Below are positions 55,008 through 64,000 of a DNA stretch of 64,000 nt, in pieces. Position 1 is the first letter of the stretch. Each line of letters begins with the position of its first letter. The position numbers were made by a program, and so were the translations under genes. Below the pieces are notes generated by a model. That model worked only from the letters and a program-made list of their open reading frames with translations. It had not been told where the DNA came from and did no database searches. The DNA is from Candidatus Spongiisociaceae bacterium (GTDB lineage Bacteria; Actinomycetota; Acidimicrobiia; Spongiisociales; Spongiisociaceae): NCBI GenBank assembly GCA_965202665.1, contig OZ241841.1:864001-928000 (forward strand), written 5' to 3'.

Positions 55008-56984
55008 GTGTCGTTTGAAAACCTGCTGCGCCCGGGCCGGATCAACCGGATGCATATGCGCAACCGGATCATCGCCGGACCGCTGGAAAAATCCATGGCC
55101 GACTACGACGGCTCCCTCAACGGGCGCTACATCGCCTATGCGGCGGAGCGGGCGGCGGGCGGGGCGGCCCTGATCACCCTGGAATCCGCCTATGTCTCAC
55201 CGGAGGGACGGGGCAATCCCTATCAGGTGGGGTGCCAAGCCGACCATGTGATCCCCGGGTTGCGGAGAATGGCGGAGGCGGTGCGCGAACACGGGGCCAA
55301 CCTGGCCTTGGAACTCAACCACGGCGGGCGCCAGTCCTCGGCCGCGGTGCATCACCGCCGTCCGTTGGCCCCCTCCCCCATCGGTTCCTCTTTTATGGAC
55401 GCCGGTTCTTTTCCCCGGGAAATGACCGACGCCGATATCAAGCGGGTGGTCGGCGATTTCGCCCGGGCGGCGGAACGTTGCCTGGAGGCGGGAGTGGACA
55501 TGATCCACCTCCACGGGGCGCACGGCTACCTGCTGGGGCAGTTCCTCTCCCCCCGCTCCAACCGCCGCCGGGACGGTTACGGGGGCCCTTTGGAAAACCG
55601 GGCCCGGTTCGCCCTGGAGGTGTTGGCCGCCGTCCGGGAAACGACCGGCCCCGACTACCCGATCGGCTACCGGCTGTCGGCTGCGGAATACGCGGAGGGG
55701 GGCCTGGAGGCGGAGGAAACGGCCCGCTTCTCGGCCCTGTTGGCCGGGGCCGGGATCGACCTGATCGACGTGGCGGGGGGGACCTACGAGTCCATGTCCA
55801 AAATCTTCCAGGGCCCGGAGACGGACAAGGGGGGCTTCGTGGAGGAGGCGGCGGTCATCCGGCGGGCTTTGGAGGGGAGGGTTCCGGTGAGCGTGGCGCA
55901 ACGGATGAACGACCCGGTTTTCGCCGGGGCGGTAATGGAACGGGAGGGGTTCGAATACGTGACGCTGGCCCGCGCCTTCCACGCCGATCCCCATTACGTG
56001 CGCCACTTGCGGGAGGGCGGGCCGGAGGCCATCCTGCCGTGCATCGGGTGCAACGGCTGCGTCAACCTGACGGTGGGCCGCACCCCGGCCGGGTGCGCGG
56101 CCAACCCGCAGTCCGCCTTCGAGGGAGTGCGGGTTTTCCGGCCGACGGCGGGGGGGCGGCGGGCGGTAGTGGCGGGCGGCGGCCCGGCCGGACTGCACGC
56201 CGCCCGGTTCCTGGCGATGTCCGGCCACCGGGTGACCTTGTGGGAGGCATCGGATCGGCTGGGCGGGCAACTGCGTTTTCTGGAGCGGGCGGCGGCCGAA
56301 TACGGCCTGCTGGCCGACTGGCTGGAGCGGGAACTGGCCGAATTGGGAGTGGAGGTGCGTTTGAACGAGCCGGCCTCCGTCGCGGAGATCGCCGCTTTGG
56401 ACCCCGAAGCGGTGGTGGTGGCCACCGGGGCGGAGGGCGGGCGGGCGGCGGCCGACCTGGCGGACGTTTCCCCGCACCTGCCTTTGCTCGACTTATACGA
56501 AGCCCTGGAACGCCCGGCGGGGGAATGGCGGGGGACGGCGGTGATCCTGGGGGGAGGCTTTGCGGAATGCGCGGTGGCCGCCCATCTGCGGAGGCTGGGA
56601 ATATCGGTGGACATCGTGGAGCCGGGCGGGGCGTTGGCCGCCGACGGCGAGTTCAACGGGTTGTTGCTGGCCATGGAACTGAAAGACGACCCGGGAGTGG
56701 AAATCCACTTGGAATCTACCGCCGAAGCCATCGCCGGCAAGCAAGTGCTGGCGCAGAACCGGGGGGAGGAGCTGGCGCTGTCGGCGGACGCGGTGATAAT
56801 CGGCGGACGCATGCCCCGCAACGGCCTGTACGAAGAACTGTTGCGGACCGGACTGCGGGCGGACATTTACGCCATAGGGGACGCGGTCCGCCCCCGCGAT
56901 CTTTATACAGCGGGCCAAGAAGCGGCGCAAGCAGCCGACCGCATCGCCCTAAGCACCGCCCATCGCCCCACCCCCGCCGCCTGA
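55008..56984 (+). CDS. NADH:flavin oxidoreductase (old yellow enzyme/2,4-dienoyl-CoA reductase-like, Fe-S + FAD domain)
   Basis: HGAHGYLLGQFLSP..N.R.D.YGG, CIGCNGC, GGGPAG. Confidence 0.9.
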   Translation: MSFENLLRPGRINRMHMRNRIIAGPLEKSMADYDGSLNGRYIAYAAERAAGGAALITLESAYVSPEGRGNPYQVGCQADHVIPGLRRMAEAVREHGANLALELNHGGRQSSAAVHHRRPLAPSPIGSSFMDAGSFPREMTDADIKRVVGDFARAAERCLEAGVDMIHLHGAHGYLLGQFLSPRSNRRRDGYGGPLENRARFALEVLAAVRETTGPDYPIGYRLSAAEYAEGGLEAEETARFSALLAGAGIDLIDVAGGTYESMSKIFQGPETDKGGFVEEAAVIRRALEGRVPVSVAQRMNDPVFAGAVMEREGFEYVTLARAFHADPHYVRHLREGGPEAILPCIGCNGCVNLTVGRTPAGCAANPQSAFEGVRVFRPTAGGRRAVVAGGGPAGLHAARFLAMSGHRVTLWEASDRLGGQLRFLERAAAEYGLLADWLERELAELGVEVRLNEPASVAEIAALDPEAVVVATGAEGGRAAADLADVSPHLPLLDLYEALERPAGEWRGTAVILGGGFAECAVAAHLRRLGISVDIVEPGGALAADGEFNGLLLAMELKDDPGVEIHLESTAEAIAGKQVLAQNRGEELALSADAVIIGGRMPRNGLYEELLRTGLRADIYAIGDAVRPRDLYTAGQEAAQAADRIALSTAHRPTPAA

Positions 56985-57082
56985 CGCGGGAGACGGCTGG
57001 TCGTAAAAGGTCACAGGCGCCCCCTAAGTTGGGAGGAAAACCTCCGAACGGCGATATCAGCCAACTGGCAAAAGGAGCCCCC

Positions 57083-58681
57083 ATGACCGACAACCCAACC
57101 GGGCATCCGCTAAATCGGCATTTGTTCATCGCCGATAATCTGAACCTTCTCCGTCGGCTGGACAACGAAACGGTGCACCTGGTGTGCATCGATCCGCCGT
57201 TCGCAAAAAGTCAAACTTTCATAGGGGAAATGAAACCGGCCCTCTCCGACGAGGAACGCCGGGAGGAACTGGCGCAACTCGCCTCTTGGGGAATCGCCTC
57301 CCGGCGGGAAGCGGAGCGGGCGGGAATCGAATGGCCGGACAGCGGACGGGGTAAAGCGCAGTATTCGGACGTGTGGTCATGGGAGAAGGACGTGCCCGAG
57401 GACTGGGTGCGCGGTTTTGAAGCCGACTACCCGCAGGTTGCGTCCCTGGTGGAGACCGCCCGGGTGGTGCATTCGGAAAGCCACGCCGCCTACTTGACCT
57501 ATATGGCGGTGCGCTTGGTGGAAATTCGGCGAGTGCTGAAACCAACCGGGTCTCTTTTTATCCACTGCGACGCCACCGCCGACTCCTATCTGCGGTTGCT
57601 GTTGGACGCCATCTTCGGGAAGGACAATTTCCGCAACGGGATAGCCTGGTGTTACACGGGCCCCTCCAACATCAAGCGGTGGTTTCCCCGCAAACACGAC
57701 ACCATCCTGTTCTACGCTAAATCCAAACAGGCCTTTTTTAATCGAGATGCGGTGCGCATTCCCTACAGCGAAAATTTCACTAAACGCCGCGGCTACACCG
57801 AGGGCGAAACGGGAATAACCGCCGGGTACTCCACCGGCCGCACCGCAGAAGAGGTTGCCGAGGAGTTCGGTTCGGGCAAGGTGGCGGAGGATTGGTGGGC
57901 GGACATTCCCGCCGGAGGGCAGATACCGAAATGGGAACTAACCGGATATCCCACGCAAAAACCGGTGAAACTGGCGGAAAGGATCATAAAAGCCGTCACC
58001 CGCCCGGGGGAGGTGGTTTTGGACTGTTTCGCCGGATGCGCCTATGTGCCGGTAGCGGCCGAGTTGAACGGGCGGCAGTGGTTCGCCTGCGACATTTCCC
58101 CGCGAGCCATGACGGTGGTAAAACGACAGTTCAATAAGTTCCGTTTATCCGTAGACGGCGAGCAAGTAATCGACCGCCCGTTGCTGATACCGGACGCCGA
58201 CATCACCGTTGTAGCCCCCAACCGCCTGCCGGCGCGCACCGACCAAGACCCGCCGACCGCCCCGCCCGCCCCTCTAAAACCGCCTGGTAAATTCAAACTG
58301 CCCAGCAGCGACATTCCAGACCAGTTGATGAGGGAATTCTTGTTGAAATTGTCGGACTGGCGGTGTTGGACTTGCGGGTTCGCCAATACGTTGGAAACCT
58401 CCCACGGCCTAGTACGGGACGAATCCGCCGACAACTTCGCGCTGGACCACATTATTCCCAAATCCCAAGACGGGTCGCACCAGCTCCCCAACCGCGCCGC
58501 CGTATGTACCGCTTGCAACTCACGCAAAGCGGGGCGCAACATTTCACTACGGGAGTTCAGAGAAGAAAACGCCCGAGAAGGACGGCTGAGGGTCCCCTCT
58601 ACAGACAACCTGATCGACCTGGGCTGGGCGGAAAACGAAGCCTTGGAATACTTCGTCAACTACCGGATGGGCCAAAGATGA
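57083..58681 (+). CDS. Beta-class N6A/N4C DNA methyltransferase fused to C-terminal HNH endonuclease
   Basis: IDPPF, YPTQKP, DCFAGCA; CWTC...DHIIPKSQDG...N...CTACNSRK; ATG 57083 with SD AAGGAG. Confidence 0.88.
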   Translation: MTDNPTGHPLNRHLFIADNLNLLRRLDNETVHLVCIDPPFAKSQTFIGEMKPALSDEERREELAQLASWGIASRREAERAGIEWPDSGRGKAQYSDVWSWEKDVPEDWVRGFEADYPQVASLVETARVVHSESHAAYLTYMAVRLVEIRRVLKPTGSLFIHCDATADSYLRLLLDAIFGKDNFRNGIAWCYTGPSNIKRWFPRKHDTILFYAKSKQAFFNRDAVRIPYSENFTKRRGYTEGETGITAGYSTGRTAEEVAEEFGSGKVAEDWWADIPAGGQIPKWELTGYPTQKPVKLAERIIKAVTRPGEVVLDCFAGCAYVPVAAELNGRQWFACDISPRAMTVVKRQFNKFRLSVDGEQVIDRPLLIPDADITVVAPNRLPARTDQDPPTAPPAPLKPPGKFKLPSSDIPDQLMREFLLKLSDWRCWTCGFANTLETSHGLVRDESADNFALDHIIPKSQDGSHQLPNRAAVCTACNSRKAGRNISLREFREENAREGRLRVPSTDNLIDLGWAENEALEYFVNYRMGQR

Positions 58682-58754
58682 TCCCCGGCGCGGGGTTGCG
58701 GCGGCCCCTTTCCCGCGAGACGGCCAAGGCGGGCCTGGCCCCGCTTGGGGCCGG

Positions 58755-59774
58755 TCAGGCGCGGATGGATTCCACTACCGCCGACCATTGGTCGTCGGTC
58801 ATGTTCTCCAAGTCGGCCCCGAAGGGATAGAGGCCGGCCCGGTCCAACAGGCCCCGGTAGCGGGCCCGCACCGCCGCCCCCAGCTCCTCCAGCGGGGCTT
58901 CCACCGCCACCTCCGACACCGCCTCATCGGGGATGACATCGGCCATCTCCGACCACTCGCCCCGCTTGGACATAGCGGTAAGCGTCGGACCGAAATCCCA
59001 ACCGTGGCACTCCAACATTCCGGCGTAGGCGGGGGTGGAAGCGTAGAAGGCCATCTGCTGCTTTATGCCCCGGCGCGTCTCCGCCATCTCCGCCTCGTCC
59101 CGGCCGGTGACCGCGAACACGGTGGAAGTCATCACTACATCGTCCAAGGTGCGCCCCTCGGATTCGGCCCCTTCCCGCATGGCGGGCAAAGTCACCTCCC
59201 GCAGGTAACGGGGCGAATGGAACGGGTGCACGTGATAACCGTCGCACATCTCCCCGGCCAGGCGGGCCATCAACGGACCCACCCCGGCGATGTAAACGGG
59301 AACATCCGGATGATCGATCGGGCCGGGGTCGAAAAACGGGGTCATCAACGTGTGGGAATAGAACACCCCTTTGAAACGGAGCGGCTCCTTGTTCTGCCAA
59401 GTGTTCCAAATGGCCCGCAGGGCTTCGATGTATTCGGCCAGGCGCATGGCCGGCGAACCCCACGGCATGGAAAAACGGCGCTCGATGTGCGGTTTGATCT
59501 GGGTGCCCAAGCCGAGCAGAAACCGGCCGCCGGTCAGGTAGGCCAAATCCCACGAGGCCTGCGCCACCACCATCGGAGAGCGGGCGAAAGCCACCGCAAT
59601 CGCCGTTCCGTAGTCCAAATCGGGGGCGGCCGCCGCCGAAGCGACCACCGGGAAAAACGGGTTGTGGCTGGTGTCGGCCGTGAACAGCCCGTCAAAGCCG
59701 ATCCGTTGCGCCCAAGCCGCCCGGTCGGCGACCTGATCCAACTTGACGTCCGGCAGGTAGTAATCGACTTTCAC
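58755..59774 (-). CDS. F420-dependent LLM-class oxidoreductase
   Basis: IAVAFARSP, GRFLLGLGTQIKPHIERRF, HTLMTPFF, FYASTPAY. Confidence 0.9.
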   Translation of the reverse strand: MKVDYYLPDVKLDQVADRAAWAQRIGFDGLFTADTSHNPFFPVVASAAAAPDLDYGTAIAVAFARSPMVVAQASWDLAYLTGGRFLLGLGTQIKPHIERRFSMPWGSPAMRLAEYIEALRAIWNTWQNKEPLRFKGVFYSHTLMTPFFDPGPIDHPDVPVYIAGVGPLMARLAGEMCDGYHVHPFHSPRYLREVTLPAMREGAESEGRTLDDVVMTSTVFAVTGRDEAEMAETRRGIKQQMAFYASTPAYAGMLECHGWDFGPTLTAMSKRGEWSEMADVIPDEAVSEVAVEAPLEELGAAVRARYRGLLDRAGLYPFGADLENMTDDQWSAVVESIRA

Positions 59775-59889
59775 GATCAGCCTCCTCGTTGTCCCCTGTT
59801 GTTCCGCCCGTCCATCGAGCCGCCCCCATCATAACGGAGCGGGGGTATAATTTGGCCGGAACCAGACGGAAACCAAAGGAAAGCGAGCC

Positions 59890-60042
59890 GTGAAAAAGAT
59901 TCTGCGAATTTTCACCCTCATCGGAGGTGCGGCGGCGGTGGGATGGATGGCCCGGCGCCGACTGCTCTCCGCCGGGATGGGCCGCGAGCCGGTGCCTCCG
60001 CAACCGGCCCCGGAACCGCCGGCCGCCGCCGAAACGCCCTAA
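59890..60042 (+). CDS. Small single-TM protein (50 aa), not in ORF track
   Basis: GTG 59890 to TAA 60042, MKKILRIFTLIGGAAAVGWMARRR...; SD-like AAGGA upstream. Confidence 0.5.
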   Translation: MKKILRIFTLIGGAAAVGWMARRRLLSAGMGREPVPPQPAPEPPAAAETP

Positions 60043-60233
60043 CCGGCCCCTTCCGATGCGACCCGCCCGCGCACGCGCGGGAAGCGGGTGGGGGCGTGAT
60101 GGTTGCAGAAGTCCCGCCGGTTGTAGACGGACAGTTTGGTGGAGCAACCGCGGTAAGCGCACACCCGCCCCGCTTTGTAGGTGCGGGGACGGCTCACCCG
60201 CTCCGGTTGTGACCCTTTGATGATTTCGACCAT
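60039..60233 (-). CDS. Small Cys/His (zinc-finger-like) basic protein
   Basis: GRVCAYRGCSTKLSVYN...CNHH; SD AAGGAG upstream. Confidence 0.7.
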   Translation of the reverse strand: MVEIIKGSQPERVSRPRTYKAGRVCAYRGCSTKLSVYNRRDFCNHHAPTRFPRVRGRVASEGAG

Positions 60234-60334
60234 GAAATTTCTCCTTATGACGGAGTCGAATCAGTTTCACTAAGTAGAACCCCTCCGCCCCTCTTTTTAT
60301 TCCACAGGGAGTCGCTTCCCCCCGGTCCCCTTTC

Positions 60335-61333
60335 TCAGGCCAGGGCGGCGAACCCGCCGCCGGTGTGCCAGAAAACGACGTTGTCCTCCGGGCGGAACCG
60401 CCCGGCCTCTATCTCGCGCCGCAACCCGAACAGGGCCTTGCCGGTATATACCGGGTCGAACAGCAACCCGGTCAGCCGGACCGCCTCGTCGGTCGCCTCC
60501 CGTTGCTCCCCGCTCACCGCCCCGTAGCCCTCCCCCGCATACCGGTCCATGTATTCCATAATCGGGCCGGGGCGTTTGACGGCCCCCTCCGGCGCCCCCG
60601 GCCCCCCGGACAAGCCGTCCGAGGCGTCGGCCCAGATGGTTTCCACCCTCTCCCGCAAGCGGGCCGCCGTCTCCCCCACCGACAAGGCCACTTGCGGAAC
60701 CCCGAATCCGGCGCGGTGCGCCGCCCAACCGAAGCCGGCGGTGGTGCCCCCTGAGGAGGCGGCGTGCCACACCTCGGCGATGCGCCCTTTGATGACAACC
60801 GTCTGGTCCATCATCTCCTGATAGGCCAAAACCGTCCCCCACATCCCCAGCCGGTCGGAGGCCCCTTCCGGTATCAACCAGGGAACCCTGCCCGCCGCGG
60901 ACAGCTCACCGGCCGCCTCTGCCATCAAAATATCCCGCTCCCGGTATTGATCCGGGGTCACGTAACGAACCTCCGCCCCGGCCATCCTGGAAATCCGGTG
61001 GTTGCCGGTTTCCCCGGCGGGCGGCTGTCCGTCCGCGGTGCGCAGCAACAGCGTCGCCCGCCAACCCAGGCGGGCGCATGCTACGGCGGTCGCCCGGCAA
61101 TGATTGGACTGAACCGCCCCGCAGGTCACCACCGCGTCGGCGCCCCGGCTCCGGGCCGCCGCCAAATGGAACTCCAGTTTGCGCACCTTGTTGCCGGACA
61201 ACCCGAACCCGGTCAGGTCGTCCCGCTTGATCCAAATGCGGGGACCCCCCCACGCCTCGGACAGCCGGGGGAACTCCTGCAACGGAGTGGGGCGGCGGGC
61301 CAGGTCAAGCCGGGGAGGCAACTTCATTGACAT
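60335..61333 (-). CDS. D-cysteine desulfhydrase / ACC deaminase family PLP enzyme
   Basis: KRDD, GNKVRKLE, QSNHCR, SGGTTAG, DPVYTGK, HTGG. Confidence 0.9.
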   Translation of the reverse strand: MSMKLPPRLDLARRPTPLQEFPRLSEAWGGPRIWIKRDDLTGFGLSGNKVRKLEFHLAAARSRGADAVVTCGAVQSNHCRATAVACARLGWRATLLLRTADGQPPAGETGNHRISRMAGAEVRYVTPDQYRERDILMAEAAGELSAAGRVPWLIPEGASDRLGMWGTVLAYQEMMDQTVVIKGRIAEVWHAASSGGTTAGFGWAAHRAGFGVPQVALSVGETAARLRERVETIWADASDGLSGGPGAPEGAVKRPGPIMEYMDRYAGEGYGAVSGEQREATDEAVRLTGLLFDPVYTGKALFGLRREIEAGRFRPEDNVVFWHTGGGFAALA

Positions 61334-61374
61334 AACCGCCAAACCTAAAGGGTCCTATGGAAAGTGAGTCGTCT

Positions 61375-61408
61375 AAAGAAGAAGGCGGCCCCGGGCGGGA
61401 CCGCCTTC
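61375..61408 (-). terminator. Intrinsic terminator after groEL
   Basis: GAAGGCGG/CCGCCTTC 8-bp stem followed by TTCTTT on the minus strand. Confidence 0.65.
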
Positions 61409-61432
61409 CCCGACTTTCAGTTGGGCGGGGAC

Positions 61433-63073
<1,641 letters not shown>

Positions 63074-63101
63074 CTAACTGTCCAGTGTCCAGCCGTCGCG
63101 C

Positions 63102-63392
63102 TCAGCCGACGATGGCCAGCAGGTCCCGGGACGACAGGATCAGATAGTCCTCGCCCTCGTACTTCAGTTCCGTTCCCGCGAACTTGGAATAGACGACCAC
63201 GTCGCCGATGGACACGTCCATCGGAACCCGATCGCCGTCGTCGTTCCGGTCCCCGGGGCCGACGGCCAAAACGGAGCCGGTCTGCGGCTTCTCCTTGGCC
63301 GTGTCTGGGATGACCAGCCCCGATGCGGTGCGCTGCTCGTCCTCATCGTTGGGACTAACGATCACACGGTCACCGAGCGGTGTAAGATTCAT
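63102..63392 (-). CDS. groES: Co-chaperonin GroES
   Basis: [30 protein letters not shown]. Confidence 0.97.
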   Translation of the reverse strand: MNLTPLGDRVIVSPNDEDEQRTASGLVIPDTAKEKPQTGSVLAVGPGDRNDDGDRVPMDVSIGDVVVYSKFAGTELKYEGEDYLILSSRDLLAIVG

Positions 63393-63438
63393 CCTCTTCC
63401 TCCTGTTCGGATCGTTCCTTCCCGGCGCAACGAACTCT

Positions 63439-63498
63439 TTGGCGCTCGCCGAGCCGGATTGCCAACTGATTTTATCACTCCCGGCGCAACACTGCCAA
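63439..63498. promoter_or_regulatory. Two tandem CIRCE-like (HrcA) elements
   Basis: TTGGCGCTC-N9-GATTGCCAA (63439-63465) and TTATCACTC-N9-CACTGCCAA (63472-63498) upstream of groES. Confidence 0.75.
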
Positions 63499-63559
63499 AT
63501 CCGCAGGTCAAGTGCGATTTTCGGGAGTCTCCCAAGCGGGGCTGAAACAACCGCCGGGC

Positions 63560-64000
63560 TCACATGCGCAGACCGGGGTCCACCTGTTCCGACCATCCGG
63601 CGCGCCGCCCCCGCTCCAACCAGTGGGACCCCGCCGCCCCGATCATAGCCCCGTTGTCGGTGCACAGCGCGGGCCGGGGCAGGAACAGCCCCACCCCCCG
63701 CCGGTCGGCCTCCTCCCGCAAACGTAGGCGGAGGCGCCGGTTGGCCAGCACCCCGCCCCCGCCCCCCACCGCCTCCGCCCCCAGATCCTCCACCGCGTTC
63801 ATCGTCTTGTCCACCAGCGCGTCCACGATCGCCTCCTGTATGGAAGCCGCCGCATCCGCCATGGAAGGCAGGTCCCCGGAATCCCGGGCTTTGCGCAAAC
63901 GGGTCACCACCGAGGTTTTCAGCCCGGAGAAGGAAAAGTCGTAGCGGCGATCGGCCAGGGCGCGCGGGAAACGGATCGCCTCCGGGTCGCCCCCCTCCGA
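63560..64000 (-). CDS. tsaD: tRNA threonylcarbamoyltransferase TsaD, C-terminal part (truncated by window)
   Basis: [28 protein letters not shown]; canonical position before groES. Confidence 0.92.
   Translation of the reverse strand, partial: SEGGDPEAIRFPRALADRRYDFSFSGLKTSVVTRLRKARDSGDLPSMADAAASIQEAIVDALVDKTMNAVEDLGAEAVGGGGGVLANRRLRLRLREEADRRGVGLFLPRPALCTDNGAMIGAAGSHWLERGRRAGWSEQVDPGLRM

Noticed and set aside
56990-57075. Hairpins upstream of the MTase-HNH gene (AGTTGG/CCAACT enclosing GAGG-AAAA-CCTC) as a SAM/SAH riboswitch
   Set aside because: No match to riboswitch consensus sequences I know; stems are short
55232-57082. Apparent 1149-aa MTase with long N-terminus
   Set aside because: Off-frame overlap of the flavin oxidoreductase gene; real start is ATG 57083 with an SD

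Overview
High-GC (~65-70%) bacterial chromosome segment, most consistent with an Acidimicrobiia-type actinobacterium (nucS, F420-dependent LLM oxidoreductase, tandem CIRCE boxes before groES, leaderless promoters, large SLH-domain surface protein); the taxonomic call is inference. Left to right: a Tad/Flp pilus locus with a frameshifted Ig-repeat adhesin-like gene; an orphan Mrr-type N-terminal domain; trmL, nucS; ATP-grasp, beta-propeller lipoprotein, thiN, a D-2-hydroxyacid dehydrogenase; a two-gene helicase module; a Rieske-TPP enzyme; lipid-catabolic genes; an xdh-ssnA-ygfK-like purine cluster; acpS-glmS (with a glmS ribozyme)-glmM-rpsI-rplM interrupted by a low-GC dprA-comF/PRTase cassette with a perfect LexA box; an S-layer protein; an SDR/TIM-barrel/Tm-1-like/OYE operon; an MTase-HNH fusion; groEL-groES and partial tsaD. 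The best candidate for an undescribed system is the module at 14079-20783: a ~1654-aa DEDDh exonuclease-DinG-RecQ fusion (two SF2 motors of opposite known family polarity plus a nuclease in one chain) followed 12 nt later by a UvrD-like SF1 helicase with an apparently dead NERD domain. No rRNA, tRNA, CRISPR array or transposase was seen. All family calls are from motif recognition by eye; no database search was run.
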